From assembly GCA_039920085.1 (NCBI GenBank), contig JBDSEK010000183.1, positions 1-52,296 of the forward strand: a stretch of 52,296 bases of DNA, given 5' to 3'. The position numbers and the translations under genes were made by a program. Within the stretch, counting starts at the first letter, position 1, and every line of letters begins with the position of its first letter. The notes below the pieces were generated by a model that saw only the letters and a program-made list of their open reading frames with translations, made no database searches and was not told the DNA's origin. Origin of the DNA: Devosia sp. (GTDB taxonomy: Bacteria; Pseudomonadota; Alphaproteobacteria; Rhizobiales; Devosiaceae). Below, piece after piece: positions 29,618-38,277 of the stretch.

Positions 29618-30757
29618 CTAGCGGTCGACGCCGCCCCAGATGGCTTCCGCCGTCCGCACCACCAGATCGAGCTTCCGCTTCTGGTCGTCCATGGTGATGG
29701 CATTGCCCTCTTCGGTCGAGGCGAAGCCGCATTGCGGGGCGATGCCGAGCTGGTTGATGTCGGCATATTTGCTTGCCGCTTCGAACTTCTGCTTGAGGTC
29801 GTCGAGATCTTCCAGCACGCCGGTCTTGGTGGTGATGAAGCCTGGCAGCACGCGCTTCTTGCCCTTGGGCAGAAGCCGCAGCGGCTCGAAGCCGCCGGCG
29901 CGTTCGCTGTCATACTCCATGAAGTAGATATCGACGCCGGTCTGGTTGAACACGGCGTCGGCGGCCGGGTCGTAGGCGCCGTCGGCGACCCAGGTCGATT
30001 TGAAATTGCCCCTGCACATATGCATGCCGATCAACATGTCCGCCGGGCGGTCGACGATGGCGTCGTGCATCATTCTGGCGTAGCGGCCAATCAGCCAATC
30101 GGGGTCTTCGCCCCTGGCCTTGCGTTGCTCGCGGATCTTGGGATCGCAGAGATAGGCGAAGAAGATGTCGTCCATCTGCAGATACCGGCAGCCGGCGGCG
30201 TAAAAGGCGGCAACGGCTTTCTTGTAGGTCTGGGTGATTGCGTCGAAATAGGCCTCGGCGTCGTGCTTATAGGCGGCGACCGCGATGTCTTCGTCGGCGA
30301 TACGGAAATGGATGGCGCTCGGCCCGGGGATCGAGATCTTGGGCGTCACCTTGGTGTGCGCCGCGACGAATTTGAAATGCTCGAGCATGGGGTGGTCGGC
30401 GGGGAAATCGAGCGGCCCGCTGATCACCGGCACATCCGCTTTGGTGGTCGTGCCATGGAACTGGATGCCGCCGCCTTCGCGCTCAACGATATCGAGCCCG
30501 TCGAGCATGCCCATGAAATCGAAATGCCACCAGGCGCGGCGGAACTCGCCATCGGTCACCGCCTTGAGGCCGGCCGCCTCCTGCATCTTGATGACATCGA
30601 TGATCGCCTCGTCTTCGATGCGCTTGAGCTCTGATGCCGGGAGCGATTTGTCATCGTAATGCGCGTGCCGGGCGGCCTTCACGGCGTCGGGACGCAGAAA
30701 GCTGCCCACGACATCGGCGCGGTATGGCGGTTTGGGTGTGGCGGTAGCGGCATCCAT
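29618..30757 (-). CDS. Cobalamin-independent methionine synthase II family (short MetE-like)
   Basis: RADVVGSFLRP, TDGEFRR, HMCRGN, MEYD, PQCGFAS Zn ligands. Confidence 0.92.
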   Translation of the reverse strand: MDAATATPKPPYRADVVGSFLRPDAVKAARHAHYDDKSLPASELKRIEDEAIIDVIKMQEAAGLKAVTDGEFRRAWWHFDFMGMLDGLDIVEREGGGIQFHGTTTKADVPVISGPLDFPADHPMLEHFKFVAAHTKVTPKISIPGPSAIHFRIADEDIAVAAYKHDAEAYFDAITQTYKKAVAAFYAAGCRYLQMDDIFFAYLCDPKIREQRKARGEDPDWLIGRYARMMHDAIVDRPADMLIGMHMCRGNFKSTWVADGAYDPAADAVFNQTGVDIYFMEYDSERAGGFEPLRLLPKGKKRVLPGFITTKTGVLEDLDDLKQKFEAASKYADINQLGIAPQCGFASTEEGNAITMDDQKRKLDLVVRTAEAIWGGVDR

Positions 30758-30836
30758 GCGCGATCTCCCTTTTGGGCAACTATGAAGCAGGCGGCGCCAA
30801 TGGCAAGGGCGGCGTTACCGAGCGCGCAGTCGGCGC

Positions 30837-30859
30837 TCCCTCCCCTTAATGGGGAGGGA
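30837..30859. repeat. Palindromic repeat hairpin (CCCTCCCC-N5-GGGGAGGG type)
   Basis: TCCCTCCCC-ttaat-GGGGAGGGA; same architecture as the hairpins at 31074-31097 and 37605-37628. Confidence 0.6.
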
Positions 30860-30933
30860 CCGCAAGAGCCGCTGGATGCAACGGCTTTGGTTCGCCTTTC
30901 CAGAAGAATTTGAAGGCGCCTCAATCCCTCAGT

Positions 30934-31023
30934 CGTCATGGCCGGGCTTGACCCGGCCACCCAGAGACGTGCGGTACGAGCGGAAAGTCTCGCTGGGTTC
31001 CCGGATCAAGTCCGGGGATGACG
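30934..31023. repeat. CGTC-tagged REP-like palindromic doublet
   Basis: CGTCATGGCCGGGCTTGACCCGGCCACCC ... GGGTTCCCGGATCAAGTCCGGGGATGACG inverted pair. Confidence 0.8.
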
Positions 31024-31049
31024 GCGGAGAGATTTGCGCGTGAGCCAAG

Positions 31050-31097
31050 ACCCTCACCCGGCCCCGCGGGCCACCCTCTCCCGAGGCGGGAGAGGGG
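31050..31097. repeat. Palindromic repeat element, intergenic copy
   Basis: ACCCTCACCCGGCC-ccgc-GGGCCACCCTCTCCC-gaggc-GGGAGAGGGG; second copy lies inside uvrB. Confidence 0.8.
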
Positions 31098-31106
31098 AAG
31101 AAAGCG

Positions 31107-31610
31107 CTACATACGCACCGTCGCGTTATCGCCGACCTTCGGCTTGGCACCCGTCACCGCCGCCGCGAGCATTTTGACCATGGCGACGGCTTTGCCGGGG
31201 GAGTCCCAGAGCTCGGCGGTTTCGGGGGTGACGGTCAGGAGGCGGATGTCGGGGTCGTTTTCGTCGTCCCACCAGGCCTTGTCGAAGGCGCTCCACAGTT
31301 CGGCGATCTTGGCGCGGTCATTGCTGAGTTCGGCATTGCCGGCGATGGAAATGAACTTCATGGCGCCGGTGTCGGCATAGCCGAGATTGACGGACGGGTA
31401 GGTGTCGAGCTGCCAGTGCTTGGAGCTCTCGTCGGAGACGAGGAAGTAGATGGCGTGCTCGTCGCGCTCGACGCGGGACGAGAGCGGGCGCGACTGCTGG
31501 TGCTCGCCGTCCCAGGTGACGAACATGCAGAAATCGATTTTCTTCGCGAGTTCCCAGACGCGGTCGGCGATCTCGTCGGCGGTCATGTCGGTCTGCTGCT
31601 GTTTGGGCAT
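31107..31610 (-). CDS. Pyridoxamine 5'-phosphate oxidase-like general stress protein (Gsp26-like)
   Basis: IDFCMFVT...QSRPLS, FISIAGNA, DPDIRLLTVTPETAELWD; GAGGAG RBS. Confidence 0.88.
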   Translation of the reverse strand: MPKQQQTDMTADEIADRVWELAKKIDFCMFVTWDGEHQQSRPLSSRVERDEHAIYFLVSDESSKHWQLDTYPSVNLGYADTGAMKFISIAGNAELSNDRAKIAELWSAFDKAWWDDENDPDIRLLTVTPETAELWDSPGKAVAMVKMLAAAVTGAKPKVGDNATVRM

Positions 31611-31637
31611 GGCGTTCTCCTCGGATGTGAGGAACGG

Positions 31638-31662
31638 AACGCGGTGCATAGGGGAGAGTTGC
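31638..31662 (-). promoter_or_regulatory. Putative EcfG (general stress sigma) promoter
   Basis: Minus strand GCAAC-N16-CGTT, one mismatch to GGAAC-N16/17-CGTT, 27 nt upstream of a general-stress gene. Confidence 0.5.
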
Positions 31663-31677
31663 GCCAAGCGCGCCCAA

Positions 31678-32070
31678 TCAACGCGACGGCTCGATAGTGC
31701 GGCGGAGGCCGAAGGCGGCGAGCAGGATGACCATCACGATGCGCAGCCCCAGATTGAGCGCGATGGGAAGCGACCACGCCTGTGCGAGGGCGATCGCATC
31801 TGCAATGGCGGAGGCGGCGTGGAAGACAAGCAGGGTGGTGGTGGCGAGGCGCAACACGTCATGGCTGGGCGAATGGACGGAGCCGATGCAGAGCGCGGCG
31901 ATGCCGATCTCGGCGGCGCCGAGCAGCCAAGCGACAAAAGCTTGATCCGGCGCCAGCGCGATGCCGACAACCGACGGAATGGCGCCAGGGAAGACGAACA
32001 GCATGATGCCTGCCGCTAGGGTGGCGATGGCGTTGATGAGGATGAGGGTGCGGAGGATGGTGAGGCGCAT
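31678..32070 (-). CDS. Hypothetical 4-TM membrane protein
   Basis: Four hydrophobic helices. Confidence 0.7.
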   Translation of the reverse strand: MRLTILRTLILINAIATLAAGIMLFVFPGAIPSVVGIALAPDQAFVAWLLGAAEIGIAALCIGSVHSPSHDVLRLATTTLLVFHAASAIADAIALAQAWSLPIALNLGLRIVMVILLAAFGLRRTIEPSR

Positions 32071-32097
32071 GAGTGGGAGGTTAGCGCAGAACGTCTG

Positions 32098-32268
32098 TTA
32101 AATCGGGCGACAAACGTGGCGGCTTTCGCCACCGATGGTAAGCCTTGCGGTGTCCCCGGCGACGCGGATGGGCTTTGGGAGAGCCGGGTCGGCGGGATCG
32201 TTGAAGCCTTCGTCGAGCGCCCGCGACGCCTCCTCGATGCCGGCGGATTGGGCCGCGGCCGGCGATTT
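32098..32268 (-). pseudogene. Possible startless 3' gene remnant at the island boundary
   Basis: 56 open codons with host-like usage (KSPAAAQSAGIEEASRALDEGFNDPADP...) ending in TAA; no start codon before an in-frame stop inside hamB. Confidence 0.3.
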
Positions 32269-32269
32269 G

Positions 32270-34381
32270 CTATTCGAGCGCCGCGGCTAGAATGAACCTG
32301 TCTATTTCTGACAAATCCTTGTCACTCTCCCATCCGGACAATCGAAGCGAGGTCAACGCTTCGAACCGATCTTTAGAGTTACCAACTAGGCGAGTGATAC
32401 GCTCGCTTAGAGGAATTGGGATGCCCGCTTCCTCAAGCTGCTTCATCCAAATCGGTCGAAACCAATTCTCGAGTCCGACGGCGAACACGCTGTAATTGGG
32501 TGCAATCTCCGTTTGATCCAGCGCGACCAAGGCCTGAATTGCTCCAATCGTCCGCGGAAACGAAAATTCACACGCTTGAAGAAACTGAAATGCCGCGTCC
32601 AATCCTGCTCGGCGGTCCCCTCGTGAGAATACGTGGACGAACCAATGAAGAAATCCCGGAAGGGTCTTTATGCTTCCCAACTGGGACCACGCCCAAGCGA
32701 CTTGCTTGGCAGTGTGAATGCCAACAGAATCTTGGCGCGCGTGTGCCACCTGAAGGACAATATCAGCTAGCGTTACGCGCTGCTCTTTGGTCGGATAGCC
32801 TGTCCACTCCAGTAGCGATGGATCTTCGTCGAGAACTGAAAAAATGCACTCGCGCATAAGGATCAGCGCCTCGATGCCGATGGCACCGTGTTCCCGGATA
32901 ATGTCCAGCGGTATGCCCGTCACCGAGGCCAAGTTGTCCTGCCGCGTTTGGCCTGCAGGCGACAGTTGGGGGCGCTCAACGTTCGCGACTATGTAGTCGC
33001 TCGCATGCTCCGGGTTGCTCAGGACAGGAACCTCGACATGTGTCTCAACTTCCGCCGGTGGCGAGTGATACAAGAACGCATTGCCCACGAAATGTCGCAT
33101 CATCCGACCTACCCGTCCGCGAATGTTGGCGAATGAGAAAAAGTCAAAGTCGGTGCGATTGATCTTTTTGTCGTAGATAAAGACATTCGCCGCGGACGTA
33201 TTGACGCCCTCAATCAAAGTTGACGTGCAGATCAGGACCTTTAGCTCCCCGGCATCGAACAACCGGACAAACAGTTGGCCTAGAGAACGAGGCAATCGAC
33301 CGTGATGCACCGCGATACCCGCGTCCGCACCGGCGGCCACCAGCCACTCGTCGTGATAGTTCTTAGCGATCCATTTTCCAAGCTTAGGACCCAGATCTGA
33401 CTTGTAGTTGATACCGGCATCTCGAATTGCTTGAAGAAGGTCCTGCGCACTTCCAGGCGTAGCGGTGAATACGAGAGAACTCTCGTCACCAACCGATCGA
33501 AGGTCAGCGAGAAACGCTTCCTCGCGGCTGCCGGAAGCACTTCTGTCAATGATGTTGACCGTCACGGTCCGATAGTCAGTCCGAACAAATCTGAAGTTTC
33601 CGGTCCAGTGGTCACCAAGGGAGATGTCCCTTATGTGGGGGCCGGCCATAAAGCATTGCTTGGCTTGGGGCAGCGCCCGATAGACTGCTAGGTTCAGCGT
33701 TTCAAATCGACCATCGTCGCGGGATGGATCGAGTTTGTAAAACTCGTCCACAAAAAGCAGATCGATCCGTAGCTTGTCCTTCCGTTGCAGAAAGCGCTCT
33801 TGAGTGAGCACGAAGACGGTTGGCTCATCTTCCGAGTAATGGTCGGAGGTTGTCGTGAGGATCCGGAAGCGCTCACCAAAGTGTCGCTTTAGTCGGCGAC
33901 GACACTCATCGATCAACGCGATAGTCGGTAGGATCATCACCACAGTGTGAGGCGATGCCTTTTGAATAAATGCATCGACGAGCAAGCTCTTGCCGAAGCT
34001 CGTGGGCGCGCTCAAAATGACGTTGTCGCCGGCAAGCAGCCACAACAGGACCTGCATCTGTTTGGTATGGAGATAGAGCTTATCTCCAAGCGTTACCGAG
34101 TGGGCCTCCATCAGCGTCTGGGTTGCTAGGCTGAGGTCTTGTGCGTCTACATAGGGGAATAGACCGCAAGCTTGAGCCAGTAGGTCGACGGCTCCGTCTG
34201 AACCCTTAGGAAGCTGCCGGTTCCGCTTCGCCTCCAACAGCCGAATAGCGGTTTCTAGGGCGTCGCTTGATTCCCTGTCCGTTTCCGCGAGGACCGCGCC
34301 TGCGTCAAAGATGGAGGAAAAGACATCCTCCGAGCTGAGTTGCTCGTCGCCTCCTAGAGACCTTAGCCGCTCAAGGCTCAT
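32270..34381 (-). CDS. hamB: Hachiman HamB-type SF2 (Ski2-like) helicase
   Basis: SAPTSFGKS Walker A, VDEFYK, HHG, CTSTLIEGVN, NIRGRVGRM; ATGA overlap with the DUF1837 gene; atypical codon usage. Confidence 0.88.
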   Translation of the reverse strand: MSLERLRSLGGDEQLSSEDVFSSIFDAGAVLAETDRESSDALETAIRLLEAKRNRQLPKGSDGAVDLLAQACGLFPYVDAQDLSLATQTLMEAHSVTLGDKLYLHTKQMQVLLWLLAGDNVILSAPTSFGKSLLVDAFIQKASPHTVVMILPTIALIDECRRRLKRHFGERFRILTTTSDHYSEDEPTVFVLTQERFLQRKDKLRIDLLFVDEFYKLDPSRDDGRFETLNLAVYRALPQAKQCFMAGPHIRDISLGDHWTGNFRFVRTDYRTVTVNIIDRSASGSREEAFLADLRSVGDESSLVFTATPGSAQDLLQAIRDAGINYKSDLGPKLGKWIAKNYHDEWLVAAGADAGIAVHHGRLPRSLGQLFVRLFDAGELKVLICTSTLIEGVNTSAANVFIYDKKINRTDFDFFSFANIRGRVGRMMRHFVGNAFLYHSPPAEVETHVEVPVLSNPEHASDYIVANVERPQLSPAGQTRQDNLASVTGIPLDIIREHGAIGIEALILMRECIFSVLDEDPSLLEWTGYPTKEQRVTLADIVLQVAHARQDSVGIHTAKQVAWAWSQLGSIKTLPGFLHWFVHVFSRGDRRAGLDAAFQFLQACEFSFPRTIGAIQALVALDQTEIAPNYSVFAVGLENWFRPIWMKQLEEAGIPIPLSERITRLVGNSKDRFEALTSLRLSGWESDKDLSEIDRFILAAALE

Positions 34382-35220
34382 AGGAAAGGCACAAGGAGTT
34401 GATCGAACTTCTCGACTAAGTCCTTCTTCTTGTTCAGCGGGACGAAAACCAAGTGAAAGCGAAGTCTCAAGTCGGTCACACGCTCGGCGAAGAAGGAACG
34501 AAGGCCTTCAACTTCGGCGGCTATCGATTTGGTATATTCGTCGCACAACTTGTCGAACGATCCGACTGCGTCACTGTCGTAAGCGATGAGAATTGGGAAT
34601 GCCGCCATTTCCAAGAGTTTGTCACCCGAGGTTGTTGACTTGAATAACGCCAACACCTCGTCTCGATGGGGCACGTCTGGGGCAACATGACCGAAGATCA
34701 TGGCCTTCTCGGTGTCCAAAAAGGTCGGAAGGAGGTGCGTACGGACCGACGAGATAGCGTCAGTGATGGCATCCTTCGGATTTGTGTAAAATTTGGATTC
34801 TCCAAGCCAAATTTCAAAGCCGGCCCCAGTCCTAAGAAGGTGAATTCCGTCGAAACCTTTGACTGTGTCGTTGGATGATGTCTTCAGCACAAGCTTGCAG
34901 ATTATCGGGACGGTTTCGAATTCGGAAATACATGCGATGTGCAACAGGAGTTCTCCAAGTTCACCGCGAGTGTCCGTTCGTCTAGTCTTGTAGATATGGG
35001 CAGCGGCAAGTCGAAGCATCTCAACAAAATTGTCGGACCCAAATCCTGACTGCATGTCCTGGCTAAGAGCTATGTAAGGCAGCCACTGAAAGAGGTGCTC
35101 GGCCAACCGCTTACTGCGCCAAGCGCCACCATCGTAGCCCGCGCACAGGCAACGCATTTGGACTGAATCAACAAAGTAAGATGCCCTGACTTCCAAGAAA
35201 GCATCAGGGAATTTGATCAT
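34378..35220 (-). CDS. hamA: Hachiman HamA-type DUF1837 PD-(D/E)xK nuclease
   Basis: GELGELLLH, VKGFDGIH, IWLGESKFY, FPILIAY, FHLVFVPL; 280 aa directly upstream of the helicase. Confidence 0.88.
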   Translation of the reverse strand: MIKFPDAFLEVRASYFVDSVQMRCLCAGYDGGAWRSKRLAEHLFQWLPYIALSQDMQSGFGSDNFVEMLRLAAAHIYKTRRTDTRGELGELLLHIACISEFETVPIICKLVLKTSSNDTVKGFDGIHLLRTGAGFEIWLGESKFYTNPKDAITDAISSVRTHLLPTFLDTEKAMIFGHVAPDVPHRDEVLALFKSTTSGDKLLEMAAFPILIAYDSDAVGSFDKLCDEYTKSIAAEVEGLRSFFAERVTDLRLRFHLVFVPLNKKKDLVEKFDQLLVPFL

Positions 35221-35278
35221 TCGCTAGTGATCACGCAATTCTAGCGAATGCACAATCCCGCAGCATAGACCTTATTGA

Positions 35279-35308
35279 GAACATAGCAAGAACAGCTGCG
35301 CGGCGCAA
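35279..35308 (-). promoter_or_regulatory. LexA (SOS) box overlapping a sigma70-like promoter of hamAB
   Basis: GAAC-ATAGCAA-GAAC at 35279-35293; minus strand TTGCGC-N17-TATGTT (35308-35280), with the box covering the -10 element. Confidence 0.72.
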
Positions 35309-35344
35309 ACTCCTAGTCGATGCGCTACCAAGTCCCCCCGATTA

Positions 35345-38074
35345 CTACTCGTCGTTTGAAGCGTCGAGCGTATCCAGTTCCATAGTCCGCAACCGCTTCA
35401 CCTCATCCCTCAGCCTCGCCGCCTTCTCAAACTCCAAATTCGTCGCCGCCTCGCGCATCTGCTTTTCGATGTCCTTGATCACGGCGGCCAGGTTCGCGCC
35501 CACCTGCAGCTGTTCCTTGCCGCTCTTGTCCTTGCCGATCGAAATCGTGACGTGGTCCTTTTCGTAGATCGAATCCACGATCTCCTTGATGTTGGACTTC
35601 ACACTCTGCGGTGTAATGCCGTTCGCTTCGTTGAAGGCCATCTGCTTTTCGCGGCGGCGGTTGGTTTCGGCCAAGGCCCGGGCCATGCTGCCGGTTTCGT
35701 GGTCGGCGTAGAGGATGACCTTGCCGTCGACGTTGCGCGCGGCTCGACCAATGGTCTGGATCAATGAGGTCTCGGAGCGCAGGAACCCTTCCTTGTCGGC
35801 ATCGAGGATCGCAACGAGGGCGCATTCGGGGATGTCGAGGCCTTCGCGCAGCAAATTGATGCCGACCAGCACGTCGAAGACGCCGAGCCGCAGATCGCGG
35901 ATGATCTCGATGCGCTCGATGGTGTCGATGTCGGAGTGCATGTAGCGGACGCGGATGCCCTGTTCGTGCATGTATTCGGTGAGGTCTTCCGCCATCTTCT
36001 TGGTGAGCACGGTGACCAGCGTGCGGTAGCCGGCTTTGGCGACGCTGCGGATCTCGTCGACGACGTCGTCGACCTGGGTCTTGGCCGGGCGCACTTCGAC
36101 CGGTGGATCGATGAGGCCGGTGGGGCGGATGACCTGCTCGGCGAAGACGCCGCCGGCCTGTTCCATCTCCCACGCGCCGGGGGTGGCCGAGACATAGATT
36201 GTCTGCGGGCGCATGGCGTTCCACTCCTCGAAGCGGAGCGGGCGGTTGTCCATGGCCGAGGGCAGGCGGAAGCCATATTCGGCGAGCGTCGCCTTGCGCC
36301 GAAGGTCGCCGCGATACATGGCGCCGAGCTGGCCGATGGTGACGTGGCTCTCATCGACAAAAACCAGCGCATTGTCGGGCAGATATTCGAACAGGGTGGG
36401 CGGCGGCTCGCCGGCTTTGCGGCCGGAGAAATAGCGCGAATAATTCTCGATGCCGGCGCAGGAGCCGGTGGCTTCCATCATCTCAAGATCGAACAGGGTG
36501 CGCTGCTCGAGGCGCTGCGCTTCGAGGAAGCGGCCGGCGCCGTTGAGCTCCTGCAGGCGCCCCGCCAGCTCTTGGCGGATAAGCTTGATGGCGCCGGTGA
36601 GGGTGGCGCGCGGCGTCACGTAGTGGCTGTTGGCGAACACGCGGATGAACAGCAGGTCGGAGCTTTTCTTGCCGGTGAGCGGATCGAACTCCTGGATGGA
36701 TTCGATCTCGTTGCCGAACAAAGTGATGCGCCAGGCGGCGTCCTCATAGTGGGCCGGGAACAGCTCGATGGTGTCGCCGCGCACGCGGAAGGTGCCGCGC
36801 ACGAAGCCGGTGTCGCCGCGCTTGTATTGCAGGTCGGTGAGGCCGCGGAGCAGCGCGCGCTGGTCGATGGTCTGGCCCTTGCGGAGATCGAAGGTCATGG
36901 CTGTGTAGTCTTCGACCGAGCCGATGCCATAGATGCAGCTCACCGAAGCGACGATGATGACGTCGTCGCGTTCGAGCAGCGCCCGCGTCGCCGAGTGGCG
37001 CATGCGGTCGATCTGCTCGTTGATGGTGGATTCCTTCTCGATATAAGTGTCGGTGCGCGGCACATAGGCTTCGGGCTGGTAGTAGTCGTAATAGGAGACG
37101 AAATACTCGACTGCGTTTTCGGGGAAGAAGCTCTTCATCTCGCCATAGAGCTGCGCGGCGAGGGTCTTGTTGGGGGCGAGGATCAGCGCCGGGCGCTGGG
37201 TGCGCATGATGGTCTGCGCCGCGGTGAAGGTCTTGCCCGAGCCGGTGACGCCGAGCAGGACCTGGTCGGTCTCGCCATTATCGATGCCCTCGACGATATC
37301 GGCGATGGCGGTGGGCTGGTCGCCGGCGGGCTGGTAGGTCGTCACCAGCTTGAACGGGATGCCGCCTTCGGACTTTTCGCGCGGCGCGGGACGGTGCGGA
37401 CGCCAGGCCTCATTGCCCTCCACCTCCTTGCGGCCGTGCAGAATGATGTCTTCCAGCGCCCTGACGGTGGCGGAGATGCCGACAGTCTGCGCGCCTTCGA
37501 GGTTCTGGCCGGGCAGGGCGACTTTCTTGCCGGGGATACGGGAGCCGGGGACCCTCACCCGGCCGGTCTCATTTGCTGCGCGCTGGCGCGTCGCCGGTGG
37601 GCCACCCTCTCCCCCCTGGGGAGAGGGGACGGAGGCACGCGCCGTGTCGGTCGCACCTGCGAGGGCTTCTCGCATCGTCGCCATAACCGACGGGTCCTTG
37701 GCGGCGGCGCGGGAGATGTCGCGGGCGGTAATCCGTCCGGTTGAAGGGACATGCCCGAAGCCCGCCTGTTGTTGTTCGCCGAAGCCAGAGAAGTCCGGAC
37801 GCTCCACGCCATTGGCCTTGGATTTGGGCGATTTGAGCGACATGCCCGTCGCGGCCGAGCGCTTGCCCTTGCCTTTCCCCTTGTCGACCAGAGGTTGGGG
37901 CACAAGTTCGCCGGTGGTGCCTGCCTTTTCGGCGGCGCGGCGGGCGGCGTTGTCGAGCTGGCGCTTGTTCCGCAGCCGCTCCTGCGGCAGCCGCTTGTTC
38001 AGCCGTTCGGCCTCGGCCTTCTCGATCTCGCCGATGAACTCATCGATGGAAAAGTCGGGTTGCTTCTCGGCCAT
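35345..38074 (-). CDS. uvrB: Excinuclease ABC subunit B with long N-terminal extension
   Basis: [48 protein letters not shown]-terminal UVR domain. Confidence 0.98.
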   Translation of the reverse strand: MAEKQPDFSIDEFIGEIEKAEAERLNKRLPQERLRNKRQLDNAARRAAEKAGTTGELVPQPLVDKGKGKGKRSAATGMSLKSPKSKANGVERPDFSGFGEQQQAGFGHVPSTGRITARDISRAAAKDPSVMATMREALAGATDTARASVPSPQGGEGGPPATRQRAANETGRVRVPGSRIPGKKVALPGQNLEGAQTVGISATVRALEDIILHGRKEVEGNEAWRPHRPAPREKSEGGIPFKLVTTYQPAGDQPTAIADIVEGIDNGETDQVLLGVTGSGKTFTAAQTIMRTQRPALILAPNKTLAAQLYGEMKSFFPENAVEYFVSYYDYYQPEAYVPRTDTYIEKESTINEQIDRMRHSATRALLERDDVIIVASVSCIYGIGSVEDYTAMTFDLRKGQTIDQRALLRGLTDLQYKRGDTGFVRGTFRVRGDTIELFPAHYEDAAWRITLFGNEIESIQEFDPLTGKKSSDLLFIRVFANSHYVTPRATLTGAIKLIRQELAGRLQELNGAGRFLEAQRLEQRTLFDLEMMEATGSCAGIENYSRYFSGRKAGEPPPTLFEYLPDNALVFVDESHVTIGQLGAMYRGDLRRKATLAEYGFRLPSAMDNRPLRFEEWNAMRPQTIYVSATPGAWEMEQAGGVFAEQVIRPTGLIDPPVEVRPAKTQVDDVVDEIRSVAKAGYRTLVTVLTKKMAEDLTEYMHEQGIRVRYMHSDIDTIERIEIIRDLRLGVFDVLVGINLLREGLDIPECALVAILDADKEGFLRSETSLIQTIGRAARNVDGKVILYADHETGSMARALAETNRRREKQMAFNEANGITPQSVKSNIKEIVDSIYEKDHVTISIGKDKSGKEQLQVGANLAAVIKDIEKQMREAATNLEFEKAARLRDEVKRLRTMELDTLDASNDE
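37551..37628. repeat. Palindromic repeat element inserted in frame in uvrB
   Basis: ACCCTCACCCGGCC-N34-GGGCCACCCTCTCCC-ccctg-GGGAGAGGGG; conserved blocks identical to 31050-31097. Confidence 0.8.
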
Positions 38075-38277
38075 GAGAGACTCGCGGGGACGGATGCTGA
38101 CGGGACGACCTTATGTAGGGCGCTCGCCAGGAAATGTCAGTGGGACTGCGGATAGGCCCTTTTAGCACGCGCCGAGCGGAAAAGTCACGCCGGGCTAGGG
38201 CCTGGGGGCGAAGGTCGCCAGGCTTGCTATGTCAAAAAGCATGGTGGAAAGGGCAAATATCAGGCAGGAGTTGCAGC

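Noticed and set aside
32098-35345. Prophage, IS or att-bounded element carrying hamAB
   Set aside because: No integrase or transposase, and no direct or inverted terminal repeats found by eye.
35936-37744. 602-aa plus-strand ORF
   Set aside because: Antisense shadow of uvrB, typical of high-GC codon bias; no recognisable motifs.
38075-38277. SOS box upstream of uvrB
   Set aside because: No GAAC-N7-GAAC or GTTC-N7-GTTC seen, so the box at 35279 is better assigned to hamAB.
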